Shown piece after piece: positions 13,303 through 25,556 of a stretch of DNA of 64,000 bases (positions are counted from its first letter, which is position 1; every line of letters starts with the position of its first letter). Where the stretch lies: NCBI GenBank assembly GCA_010909165.1, contig VJWM01000205.1:186001-250000 (forward strand), in the 5' to 3' direction. Source of the stretch: Anthoceros angustus. Its lineage: Eukaryota > Plantae > Anthocerotophyta. The notes below the pieces were generated by a model, which was given only the letters and a program-made list of their open reading frames with translations, did not search any database and was not told where the DNA came from. Position numbers and translations under genes: made by a program.

Positions 13303-16300
13303 ATGGCATGTGTCCCATTCCTCTCGTCCTCGGAGGCGGAACCCTCAGGGAAGGTGGAGCTCCAGATGGCGTTGTCTCCTGCCGGAAGCATGGATCGTCT
13401 TGACGCGTTAAGGGAAGCGGAGCTTCTGCACAGCTTGAGGGAAGAGTTGGCAGGGGCATCGGGGATGGTCCAGGCGGAATCCAGCAGAGAGATGGATGCT
13501 GAGTACGTCGAGAATATCCTGCAGCAGAACCTTTCTTTTCGCAACAACTTTGAGAGGGTACCTGCGCCACCCTGTTGTGTTACTGTTCGGGGTGACGGTT
13601 TTACAGTGCTGAGAAGTTCTTGACATTTCTGTCTGCCTGTCATTGCAGCTGAAGGAGCTGTTTCTCCTGCTTGCGGATGTTAATAACGAGTTGGAGGAGG
13701 AACTGGTGCAGGTTCAAGAGTGCAAAGTACTATTCTTGAAGCCTTTTTTACACCTTGGTGTCAAGAAGCTAAGTAAGTCCAGGTCTGGCTAGGCTGTGCA
13801 CTCGTGTCCCAGTTTATCTAGCTCATGAAGGATCTTGGTCTCCTTTTTTTGAGTAAAGAGTGGGATGCCTGTCTAACTAGGAGGAGGCAAGAGACAGCTG
13901 GAATGACCTCCAATGTCTACAACAGAAAATGGATGAGCAGGTGCTGGTTCAAGTGGAGTCTATACTGTGTCCGCTTCCCTCAAAGGAGAGGTGGTGCTCA
14001 TGAGGATCATTACCCTGTTATGTCTCGGGTTTGTGGTGTCATCTGTGTTTTACAGGTGGGGATTTTGTTTGACAGGCTCTGGCTCATGCCCAGGAGGTTA
14101 GTGCATGGGAGAAAAAGTGCGAACAGGCCAACTGTATGGACATAGTCATTGTCTGTTGTGTTAAGTGTGTCTAGCATAAAGAACGTCGCTAGACCTCAGA
14201 GAAGTATTACAAAACCAAGAAGCAGTTGTGTGCGACAATTGATTGCAGCCTCAGTAGGAGAGACACTGGCGAGGACTAAGGATTTGGAGAAGGAGATGGA
14301 ACGTCTGAAGATTGGAAACAAGGATCTCACGGACAAGTTGGAGAGCTTACGGTAGCTCCTTGCAAAAAGGGCTTCTCATGATCTGCATGGCTAAGTGACA
14401 GGAATTGGCAACTCCTGACATGGCTAAGGATTGCTGGCAGAATGGAAAAGGATCAAGCAGTTATTGAGAGGCATACAATCGAGTTGGAACATGCAAAAGA
14501 AATTGTGGCCCTGAAATTGGAGGACAAAACTTGTCGCCAGCAAGCAGGTGACCTCACTCAGAAGGTTGGCATAAGAGCTGGAAAGATATTTGCTTAGTCT
14601 GTCACCAAGGACAGCTCTATGGCCCAACTCTGACTTGTTTGGACTACAAATGGTGGGGAAATCGTTATTTGATGCATGTGACTGCGGTCTGGTTGCAGTG
14701 TATGCATTTGCAATCGCAGCTTGACAGCGCTGTAGCATCGGGGTCAGCTGCCCACGAACATTTTCTTAGCTTGATATATCAAAAGGATGCAGCAATTGCC
14801 AACTTGGAAGAAACAAAGCATAAACTCGAGTTAGTGGAGTCCAAGTAGCGAATGGCTAGTCCTGTTTCCTCAGTTTATCTAGCGTATCTTCTGATTGTGA
14901 TCTTTCAAAACTGGCAGGAAAGGGAGGCATGAGGAGGTTTCTCGAAGGGAGGAAATTGAACACAAGCTGAAGGATGTGGTTCTGGGAATCCAGGAGGAAG
15001 AAGAGAAACAGAGATGTATCAAGAGAGCTTTCGATGCTGAAGCAGCCGATTTGCGTGGCAAAATAATGCAATTGGAGCAATCGGCTTATGAGACTGAAGT
15101 CAAACACATGGATGCAGCAAGAACTGCGTCCACGGTTAGTTCTATCATGGAATTCTCTGGGTGAGCGTCTTTGAATCGTAAACACGACTCAGGTGAAATT
15201 GCTTGCCCACACACTTGTCTCGGTCTTGAAGGAAAACGAGACACGGATGAGGGAGTTGGCAGATTGTAAACACGAAAGAAAACAGGCGAGGCTTGCTTTA
15301 GCGGAGGCCCAGAAAGAAGCTGCAAAGCTCCTTGCTGACAATGAAGGGCTACGGTTCCAGCTGCAAGATGCTGTGAACAAGTATCAAGAGACGCATAGTC
15401 GAACAGCTGATAATAAGTTCGTTGAGCTGCTGCACTTCGCTGCACTCACTCGGGAGTGCTGTTTTCTTACTGCCAAATTTGGTACCTCCTGTAGGAGCAC
15501 AATTGGTGAGCTTCAGCGGAAATTGGGAAGGATGAAAATTGAGATTGAAGAACTTAATGCCTTGAGGTCGAAGGACCTGATAAACCAGTCTCGTTTGATG
15601 GACGAAGCACAGGTATGCAACAGCAATTAGTCACCTCACACTCACAGCTACTCAGGGCATCGGCAGAGAGCCTCACTGTTAGTTGCCTTCATGTACAGCG
15701 CAACTGGGATGCAGAGAAGACTGCACTTGTAAAGAGGGAAGTCAGTAATGTCAAAGAGGAAAGAAGGAAGCTCATCCACGAAGTCCACTCCTTGAAAAAG
15801 GTTAAGGCCTTGCGATGCGGAATTCGTGTAGGCAGCAAATGCCGGCTCTACGCCAGTGTGGTTGTGAATTGTTCTGAAGTTCTAACCAAGATCACGGTGG
15901 TAGAGTACCTTCTTTTCATTAACCGTATGCTTGCCATCAGAAATTGAACCAGGCCTACAAACTTGAGGCAAACTTAACAGTCAGCCAGCATCAACTTCTT
16001 GTGCGTGTGAGGGAATTAGAAGTTCAGCTCGCTCTCGCACAGGGCATAAAATGGGTAAGTACTCTAGAGTCTTACCCATGTTGCCGGGATATGTTGAATA
16101 ACCATGTCCTATTTTGTCAACAGACATACACTAACGATTTGATTTTAGTGCGGTTCAGTCATTTGACCATCCTTTGGAGCCCACTGTCGATGGCATATCT
16201 GCTGGGAAGATACCGAATTTGAACTCCTATCGCGACCATTCAAGTTGGTTGAAGGCTGAGATAGAGGATTTAGAGCGCAGGCAAAGCAGATGTTTAAGCA

Positions 16301-16350
16301 CCGCACGCAAATTATGCAAATCATGAAACAGAAACACATAATATTTCAAA
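13303..16350 (+). CDS. Multi-exon coiled-coil protein of unknown function (start and end uncertain)
   Basis: A series of E/K/L/Q-rich heptad exons bounded by GT-AG, e.g. LARTKDLEKEMERLKIGNKDLTDKLESLR, RMRELADCKHERKQARLALAEAQKEAAKLL, EANLTVSQHQLLVRVRELEVQL. Confidence 0.7.
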
Positions 16351-16672
16351 ACGGTTGTGACGTAAAATCGCGAAAAAAAACGGTTGTGAAGTACCACCTC
16401 TGGGACAAACTAATCAGAACTTGCTCGACTCTCCATGACCAACAGCATCTGTGACAGAAGGACTAACCATGGAAGTATCCGAAATCTAATTGGCGTGCAT
16501 AGCCTTTCTCATCCTTGTTCTGGCCTGGCAGCAGATGGATGCCGATTCTTATGCTAAAAACTACCATAATTCTCGTCAAAGATCCCGTGCTGAAATTCCA
16601 GTAGGCGATTTCCAACAATTCACGGTAAAACGGATGCGACCTCGAACAGACGGAGCTGCTCCTTCTGCGGTA

Positions 16673-17641
16673 CTATTTAGGGTCCACCTGTTGCAATTCC
16701 GTGAGCACACCCATATTATCCTTGGGGTGAAGGAACAAGACAGGGTCCCCCTCTGCTCCGATCTTCGGCTCGCCGTCACCCAAACTTGAAATGCCTAGTG
16801 CGCTTAGATGATTGACAGCTGAGTTCAAATCGTCAACCTGAAAACGAGGTGGAAGTTAGGATAGCGCCCTTGGAAGTAAAGGGAGTCACATGGTCACATC
16901 TGTCAGCTCAAAAGCACCAAACCAAAACGTACCGCGAAGCATAAGTGGTGGAGGCCGCCCTTCGGGTGCTTCTCCAGAAACTTGGAGATCGGGCTGTTAT
17001 CTCCCAGCGGCTGTAGCAGCTCAATATGAAAGTTCCCCAAAATCACGAAAACCGTTGTAACTCCATGATCAGGGATCGGCTGCGGCAGGAAATATACACA
17101 ATCAATGCTCAACTCCAGCACCTTCGCCGATACGACTCGATGTGGGGATCGCTTGCAGAAGAGAGAATTCCAACCTTGGGATCACTAACTTGAGCTCCAA
17201 AAGCCCTCCGGTAGTGCTCACCGGCCGCAACAACATCAGGAACAGCAATCGCAATATGCCTGAGGCCTTTCACTGAGTAGGGAATCTCAGGTGGCGGCCT
17301 CACATTCGGTCCTCCAACGCGGCCCCCGCTCCCTGATCCCACACGTGCGCACATTGCCTTTTGCAGGATCAACATAACAATGTCAGACTGAGAGGCAACA
17401 CATTGGCCCACTGTGCCTCTTACGTTGGAGCAACTATCTCCTCTCTCCTGGCCAAAATCCTCCACAAAGTTTGAAACAACATACATAGTGAAGTGAAGCT
17501 CAGCTTTACCTGTGCGAAGACAAGGAATCCGGCACTCCCTGCGTTCGGCGGCAGCAAGCTTCTCCTCAACGTTCTGCCTGCGGCGCCGCGTGATGACGCA
17601 GCCACCGCCGGCAACGTACCACGAAGCAAATGGTACAGCAT
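16673..17641 (-). CDS. MCEE: Methylmalonyl-CoA epimerase (VOC/glyoxalase fold) with probable mitochondrial presequence, 4 exons
   Basis: LRHIAIAVPD...YRRAFGAQVS; PDHGVTTVFV.LGNFHIELLQPLGDNSPISKFLEKHPKGGLHHLCFA|VDDL; EPKIGAEGDPVLFLHPKDNMGVLTELQQ. Arg/Ser/Ala-rich first exon. Stop TAG at 16673-16675. Confidence 0.9.
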
Positions 17642-18379
17642 ACTGGCGTTCTGGCACGCAATATACGTTCACACTTCTAGACCGAATTCTAAACTACGAC
17701 CTAAACAATCCTCCAACTTTTCTGCCTGAGAGCGTCTGCAGCTCCGTCGCATTAATTGGCTGATTTATAGTCTCTCAAACCTGGATCCAGAACGTGCTGG
17801 AGAGCGTTGCACACCCGAGCAATCAAATCCGTGACACCTACACTGAGGTTGAACGAGGTGTGTCAGAAAAATCAGGTCTGTTAAAGCAGCTACGACTCCT
17901 CGTCGGCTATGTGGACAACAAGGTTTGCCATGAGTCGTGGAAGCAGCTCAATGTTACTGCGCCGCCATTCTGGTGTCCTTTCAGGTTCAAAACTGCGATG
18001 ACACGGTAAATGTCACTGCAAGACACTGCAGACTGCATAAATCCCAGAATCCGGTAGGTGTCAGGTTAAGATACGTTCAAAATTACACCTGATTGCAATC
18101 GAACCTTCTCCCACTGTAAGCAGGGGATGCACCAACTTGGACCGTCCGGTCATGCCTGTATTTGATACCCAGTATGTTACGTGTCACCTTACCACCGCGA
18201 ACTAGTTAAGTAGGGCTGTCTTTGACAGGAAGAAGAGTCCACGGAACTGGCATGACATCTGTAATGAGGGTGTCATCCTACTGCAGCCCGAAGCACAGGC
18301 CCCTGAGCTGGGGGACGGTGAGAAGAGAGGAGCAAATCCTGGTGGCATCACTATTGTCCAGCTAACTCAAGCTCCGGAT

Positions 18380-19340
18380 ATCTTCCCTGCCGTGCCTTCA
18401 TGCATCCCTCCGACGCCTTGCTGTAGAAAGCCAGAGAGGTGGAGTACCAGAGGGCCTTGGTGGCTGAGCCGGCGATGCGGGCTGGCCCTGCCATCTCCAA
18501 GCAGGACGTCCTGTATGAAGATAAGGGGTTGTTGGTGGTGCACAGACCTGGTGGCCTGTACTGCGGCCATGTGTTCGCCTCAGCACCCTCGGTGAGGGGG
18601 TCAGCACATGCCGCACCACTGGGGTGCAGGTCATCTCCAAGCCCAGGGAAGCGTGTGGAAAACTCGGGCACCTGGGCTTGGAAGCGTCTGGAAAACTCGG
18701 GCAACTCTTCCGGAGAAAGAAAGTGGCCAAGAGCTATGTGGGTTGTGTTTGGAGCGCAGCCGCCGTGGAGACGAGTGTGACTGTCACGTCTGGACATGGC
18801 AAGCCACGGTTTGGCACTCATCATGTTTACTCTGCCGATGACATTGGCAAGAGGCTTCCTGGCCTGGGGGATCCGTGGTGAAGGAAATGAGAACAAGGTT
18901 TCTGTTCTCAAGCATCAGTTAAGATTTTGAGAGGTCTGTCGCAAGTGGAGCACAGGGATGCGACAGGGACAGGGACATTGGAACTGACCACCTTGAACTG
19001 AGGAAGTGGAGTACAAGGGTGCGACAGGGACAGGGACATGGGAACTGACCACCGTAAGCTGAGGGTTTCTAGAAGGGATAGGGCTGTTCCTGAGCAGGAA
19101 CATTTACCCACTAATTCTGAATGTGCAAAAACGTTTGTGACCTCGAGCATTTCCATCGACGGGTAGGACTGCCTGAATTAGGAGAGGTTAAGTATGGTCG
19201 TCCTCATCTATTCCATGGGATCAGGCGTGACTCCCACTGCCTCCATGCTGTGAGACTCTTTTAAGCATCCCATCACGTTTGCAGATGTGCTCGGGGTAGC
19301 CCCCCTTCCATCCTGGGCCACGCAGGTTTGCGCAGATATA
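18380..19340 (+). pseudogene. Degenerate copy of the RluA-family pseudouridine synthase at 54117-55124
   Basis: Collinear with 54117-55124 (EVEYQRALVAE...QDVLYED). The catalytic NRLDRDTSG segment and HQIRL motif are deleted, and there are several frameshifts. Confidence 0.92.
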
Positions 19341-19699
19341 GGCTCTGTGTTACACAATGGAAGCCCTGGAAAGCTCCAAGCATCCCATCACGTTTGCATC
19401 TGCGCTCGGGCTAAGTCCCGCCATCCTGGGCCAAGCAGCCATGAGCAGTCTAAGTTAAACTACATCTGTGAAAAGTTTTTTTTTCTCCCAGAACACATTA
19501 ATAATGCTAATGCATACCTATTAGTATATTTTTGTATTAGTATTAGTCAGACAAAAGAAGCTTGACAGAGCTGAAAGACGAAAACGTGGGTCACTATGGA
19601 CAGCTGGAGTTCAGCGAATCGCAGATTCAGCTCCTGATCCAGGTGATCTGGGCGCCTCCAGACCAAAACAAATTTGGAGGGTGGAACCCAGGCCCACAT

Positions 19700-19960
19700 G
19701 CTGCTGCTCTTCGCCAGGAAAAGTAGGGCTGAAATCCACTCATCGGAAAGCTGCCAGTTGGGCTTGCTCCGGTTGTCTTGCGATGCTCAGTCATACAAAC
19801 GTCACAATACTGAGAATGACAGCATGGAAGTATCCATTGCAGGGTCGGTCCATACAGATCTGGCATAACAACTGCTTTGCTTCCATCCTGTTTCCATCCG
19901 CCTTATAATTCTTTCTGGGAGGAGCCAGTTTTTCATCCTGCAGTTTGCTCTTCTCCCCTT
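19700..19960 (-). pseudogene. Decayed C3HC4 RING-finger coding fragment
   Basis: CQICMDRPCN then a frameshift into ILPCCHSQYCDVC...GASPTG. The last two Cys positions read AGC and GGC, each one base from TGC. Confidence 0.7.
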
Positions 19961-20030
19961 CCAAGATTCGCGCAGAGCCCAAAGCCTCGGGAAACTTTCA
20001 TCACACTCAAACACTCTCAGTCACGGTGGC

Positions 20031-20105
20031 AGGCCGGTCCTGGCACGTTTGCTCCGGCCGGTCCGTCGCAGGTCGGTCCTGGCACCTTTGCTCCGGCCGG
20101 TCCAT
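20031..20105. repeat. Short GC-rich tandem duplication (GGTCCTGGCACxTTTGCTCCGGCCGGTCC x2)
   Basis: Directly visible. Confidence 0.8.
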
Positions 20106-21163
20106 CGATGACCGGCCCCAACGTTTCACACACACTCATAACATAGTTTCACCTTTGATGATGATGTGACAGTTTATCCATATATTATTTAATATAATAA
20201 TTGTTATTATGTTTATCCATATATTATTTAATATAATAATTGTTATTATCACTATTAGGTGATTTAATTGGAGGCACTACAGGTTACTAGTTGTAGCTGA
20301 TGCCAAAGGACAAGCTTTGTAAACTTACCCGACAGTGCTGTGTTTTCTTGGAGCACAATGGCATACATATCACCAACAACAATGGCTATACAATTTGATT
20401 GGAGCTGTCCGTGATGGAGGATGAGATCTTAAATGGAAGTCCTTGATGGATGGAGGAGTCCCCATATGGCCCGAGAAGGTACATGGAGACGTGGTGGAGC
20501 AATATGGAAAGGATATGAAGGAAGCTGGGTTTTATGTTGATGAAGAATTTAAGATGCACGCGATGACGAGGTTACTGAGACTAACCAAGACTTGGAGGTA
20601 GTGAGGCTAGAGAAGAGGATCAACATAAGGTGTTAAGCATTAGAGTTGATATTCTAGCAGGATCCATAGGGAACCAGAGTATGATTTGCAGATCTTATTG
20701 ATAAAAAACGAGTACGATGAGATTGGTAAGAAAGCAATAATAGGTTGGCCTGCAATTAAAAGGTTGCACATGGTATCCATTCTCAGTCTCATAAACTCTG
20801 CAATGTAGCTGTTAACCTTTGAATAGCAAATTGGTGGAAGTGTAGTAATGTTTACCTACTACATAATAGAAAGCTAAGACAAGGCAATATCAGCTAAGCC
20901 AAGGCAATATGCACAAAGCATATTCCAATACATGAATTCTGCGTCATCCTAACCTTCTACTTTTTAGTAGAGCTGATCAGGAACCTTCGGGAGACTTCTC
21001 AGCTGATGTATCAGTTGAAGAGGTCCAAGTAGGAAGGGTAGTCACCAGCAGAATGATTAGGTTTGTCGCAAAAGCTTCATCCACCTATTGTGACCCAGGT
21101 CGGCAATTCTAAAGTGTTTCTAACCTGCTGCCTGTCTTCATGTGCAGTGAGTTGACAACTTAG

Positions 21164-22140
21164 CTAGTTGGATGTGGGGAGCACCAACCAAAAACAAAAG
21201 CGGGACCAAGTCCCACGCGCCCCTCCGCCCCCAAGCGGATAAGTGTCCTCACAGTCGAAATAGGCAGGGAGATTGTGAATACCTAACCCTTGCATGTGAA
21301 CATAGTGTTTGTGCTTGGGTAGTCCTTTGGTTAAGATGTCGGATGTTGTCATACGTGCAAATATAGTCCACCTTGATAACACCACGAGCAACAACATCAC
21401 GGATATAGTGATGTTGTATCTCGATGTGTTTGGTTCCGGCGTGAAAGGTAGGCTTGGCCACTAACTCGAGTGCTGACATGTTGTCGCAGAGGATTAAAGT
21501 AGGCTGGTGCTGGGCCTGTCAGCAAGGAACCTACGTTCCCACTCAGCTTCTTTGGCTGCCTCGGTCATAGACTTGTATTCTGCCTCAGTGGAGCTTAGAG
21601 CTACAGAAGGCTATTTTTTACTACTCCAGTTGATGGCAGCTGAAGCAAGGAGAAAACAGTATGTCAACAAGCTTCGCCTTGAGTTAGAGTTCGAGGCCCA
21701 GTCAACGTCTGTAAATCCGGACAGAGTAAGCTTGGATGCACCACTTCGTTTGTACATGAGACCATATTTATGTGTGCCCTTGAGGTAGCGGAAGATCCTG
21801 TTTACAGCGGTCCAATGCGCTCTCCCAAGATTCTCAAGAAACTGGGAAACTGTACTGACTGCATATTGTATGTCTGGCCTGGTCCAATTGGCAACGAAAA
21901 GTAGGCTGCCAACTACGTGCCTGTAAGGTACGTCTTCCATGTTTTTGATCTCATCTGATCAGATGAGATCAAAGATCTCCTGATGCCCACGACATATCAA
22001 TGCGTGGGCCTTTATCTCGACAGTACTGTTGCATAGGGTGTGGTTGCTGGCCGTGCTTGATCGAGATTGAACTTCTTAAGTATCTCGTTTACATACGTGT
22101 ACTGGTGTATGAACATAAGGCCTGCATCCCTGACTCGTAG
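21164..22140 (-). mobile_element. Ty1/Copia RT C-terminus and RNase H remnant
   Basis: VPYRHVVGSLLF...TRPDIQYAVS, HWTAVNRIFRYLKGT, LSGFTDVDWA, SSTEAEY, FHAGTKHIEIQHHYIRD, DILTKGL. Contains stops and frameshifts. Confidence 0.93.
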
Positions 22141-22145
22141 CAGCT

Positions 22146-24166
22146 GGTTGGAGTTGTTTCCTAGGTTAAATAATAATTGGTCCTCGGACCATAAGCTCGA
22201 TACTCCTTGGTCTTTGGTCTCGGAATATATAATAGGAAGCCTATATATGTGGGAGGGGGGTCCCCATATTTAGCAGAGGTTGCCAAGTCCATAGGCTAGT
22301 GGTCGAACCTGCCGGGGCGGTAGTTGAACTGGTGTGTGGGTGCTGACTGGGGTGTGCGGGGACTATATTTAGAAGACGGTAGGCGAACTAAACGGGCGGT
22401 CGTGGAAGGAGAAGTGGTCGCGGAAGGAGACGTGGTCGCGGAAGGAGAAGTGGTCGCGGAAGGAGAAGTGGTCGCGGAAGGAGAAATGGTCGCGGAAGGA
22501 GACGTGCTCGCAGAAGGAGAAGTGGTCGCGGAAGCCGGCTGGCGGTAGGGGAATTTCGGGGAAATATAACCCTAAGGGAACTCGAAAAGGCACCTGGCGC
22601 GGTGGCAGTGGGGTCTATCCAGACAGTTCTTGACAAGGCATGAGCTCGGCACGAGGCTGTGAAGGGCAGGCCCTGGTGGCGGCGGGAAGCTCACGAGGCT
22701 GTGGAGGTAGGAACCTTGGGGGACTTACCAAATTGGAGATTCTGAGGCGAGCTATCAGCAATTCAAGGCGCCGTGGGCAGTGAGATTTCTGCAGGAGCAT
22801 GGCGCCCGGGCATTGATTCGGCCCCAATGGCCCAATATGGACCATTTGAGGTCGAGTGGAGGTGGTGAGGAGGCTGGGACTTGGGTTCATGAAAAAGCAG
22901 TGGAGAGTTTATGGGAGGATTTATCGGACAATGAGGAAGGAGGGCCCATGGATTCAGCGAGGGCGAAGGGGACCAAATCGGAGGAAGGCGGAGATAACAT
23001 GGGCGAGTAGTGGCATCCTAGGAATAGAACTTTGGATAGGATGAGGTAGGATGCCATCCTGGACCTAAGGCCATCCAGTGTGGGCGCCTCTTGGCGTTGA
23101 CCATTTTAGGACTTGGAAATCGGTGGCTATGGCTGACAATTGTATAAAGGGGCTTGGTTGTGCCCTCACATCGAGATAATTCTGGTTGAGATCCCCACGC
23201 TGCCTATGGCTGGTTGGAGCGTCCGATTAGCGAGGTGGTGTGCGAGGCGCTCCTAGGGGTGGTCGAGCTTGCTCGCACATGGGAGAAGGGGGGGGAAGGG
23301 GGAAGAGGTGGGGGTGATAGGCGTTCCTTGCGACAAAGGAGGAAATCGAGGGATTGGCACGGGCGGGTGGAGCTTGCTCATGCGCTTTGTTGTGATGCAG
23401 AATTCTTCTTTCCCTTACCCTTTTCTGTTGGTTGTGTTCGAAATTGAGAGTGTGTGTGTGTGTGTGGGTGGGCTGAGAAGAGAGAGAGAGAGAGAAGATT
23501 GGGTGAAGGAGTGACTGAACACTGTACACGATGCGAGGTGTAAGAGGAGTTGAGAAGGAGAACTAATTGAGAAACTAATAGTGGAGATTTGTGTGGATCC
23601 AAGAGAAACCAAACCGGTGCTGTTGGTAGAAGTGTGCACAAGAGGAAACAGCATTCCTTGTGGAATTGTGTGAGGGTGGCGCCCTTTGTGTGTGTGTGAA
23701 AGCGGATGTGAGAGATCCTAGGAACTTTGGTCCCTATGAATCGGCGTGTGGAGTGCAAAATAAAAGTCGATGCAGCAGGCGGTGGTAGCGCCGTGGCGAG
23801 ATCCGGCCGTCTTGCGAAATAAGTTGCTAGGGTTTGGCATGGGACCCACCACGGTTGCCGTAGCAACTACCCGGTAGTGGTGAGAGCCACCGCGGTAGTA
23901 GCTCGGGAATAGGGGTTGTGGAATAAGACCTGTGGTCGGGGAATAAGATCTGGGGTAGTTGGACACGTCAGGAGGTAGTAGTAGTTGAGTAGATAGGTAA
24001 GAGGAGTGATAGCAGGTAAGTCCTGACTTAGGCGAAGGTCAGTAGCGATAGAAGTTAGCGTCCCTTGGCACAAACCATTCCCTTGGGAGCGAATCCTAGG
24101 ACTACAACTACAATGAGGGTGAATGTGGACCTCACGGTGTCCCTAGACACAAATTCACACTCCACA
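22146..24166 (+). mobile_element. ~2-kb insertion into the Copia RT, probably a Gypsy-type solo LTR
   Basis: Ends ...CTCCACA exactly where the Copia RT (KARLVARGF) is cut. Its terminal region (CATTCCCTTGGGA, CTACAA) resembles the PBS-proximal end of the large Gypsy LTR. Contains (TG)n and (AG)n tracts. No TSD found and the left end is uncertain. Confidence 0.55.
22399..22534. repeat. 18-bp tandem repeat (GAAGGAGAAGTGGTCGCG), ~7 copies
   Basis: Directly visible. Confidence 0.93.
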
Positions 24167-24660
24167 AACCCTCTGGCCACAAGTCGAGCTTTAAAACCGG
24201 CAACTTCCCCTTTTGCATTTAGTTTTAACTTAAACACCCACTTGCAGGATATGGCCTTGCATCCAGGTGGGAGGTCTGCTAGTACCCAGGTTTTGTTCTT
24301 AACAAGTGACTGGTATTCATCCTCCACTGCAGCCTTCAACTGCACATGTTCAGGGCCATTAAAGGCTTGAGATAGACTAGTAGGCTCATCCGGGAGAACT
24401 GTGCCAGCAGCAAGGCTTGGGACAAGATGGGTTCGAAAATCCACACATGTATATCGGGGTTCATTCCATTCTGAAGGTGGGGGCCGATGTCATGTAGATC
24501 GCCTAAGCCGAGGGTCCGGTTCGGGTTCAAGGACAGGCTCAACATCTGAGTCAAGTTCATCGGGCTGAGAATCTGGTGCGGGGGCATCAGGTTCAACAAC
24601 AACATCGGCTGCATCTGCGCTTGTCGTGCGCACCTGCCCCTTTGGTGCATGCACTTGTTC
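24167..24660 (-). mobile_element. Ty1/Copia integrase-RT linker and RT N-terminus
   Basis: LRRST, EPTSLSQAF, EYQSLVKNKTWVLADLPPGCKAISCKWVFKLK...FKARLVARGF. Confidence 0.93.
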
Positions 24661-25556
24661 TGTTGGCCCCGGCATGTTTGATGATAACGGTACTAGGTCA
24701 CGGCCGAAAGAGACGGAAACACCATAAAGAATAAAAAGGGGATAGGGTATTCTTCGTCGCATTAGGGCATAGGATAGGTATATAAGAGTGGTCTAGGTGA
24801 ACCTCATGATGTACGCTACTTGTTATTTTGTCGGGAGTTCCGGCACATCCTCAGACCGCCAAAAGGACATGCTTCCCCATTAGAAGATCATTTTTCGCCT
24901 TGGCTTCGTTGATGCAGACAACGGGAGGAAACCGAGCTACTTGTTTGCAGGACAGGAGGAGGAGGAGGCCTCGGCGTTCTTTTTGCACAGTGCATGCACA
25001 AGTTTGCACATAGCGTTGTTTAGGCGCGCACTTATGCGTGCCTAGGCTGTATACAAAACATACAAAACCACACAAAATGGAAACTACGGACATGACGAAA
25101 TTATGGAACAATGAGGTCATCGGCCCTTCATCTACCAAACTAAATCGCCATGAACACAGTATAAGGCGCCCGAGGTGTACATGACTGACAGTGGTCTGGG
25201 AGAGAATGCCCGATGGATGAACACCTACAAAACCAACAAATACCAAACCAACGGTTCCGTGAAATAGGGTTGGGATTTTTCCAAAACAGCGGAAAACCCC
25301 TTTCTAAACAAACGCTGTTACTTTCAAATCTACACTCCAGAACTAAAGCACCGTAGGGCACGGGCCCGTCTGCGTTTTTGTAGAATGCACAGTGGGCTGC
25401 CGTTTGCATATGTTTATTACAACCGAAAACATTTACTTTTCAAGTGGTGGAACACAATAAAAATCATGCCTGTACTTGCAAGAGTCTCATTTCATTATTC
25501 GTGAATACCTTGCAAGAAACAACTACTAAAGGAGGAAGTGGTCATCAGCATCAACT

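Noticed and set aside
20400-20760. Purine-rich coding-like stretch (…PEKVHGDVVEQYGKDMKEAGFYVDEEF…)
   Set aside because: Interrupted by stops with no recognisable motif; cannot be assigned
24661-24847. Possible small solo LTR (TG...CA with TATATAAG)
   Set aside because: No matching TSD or convincing inverted termini
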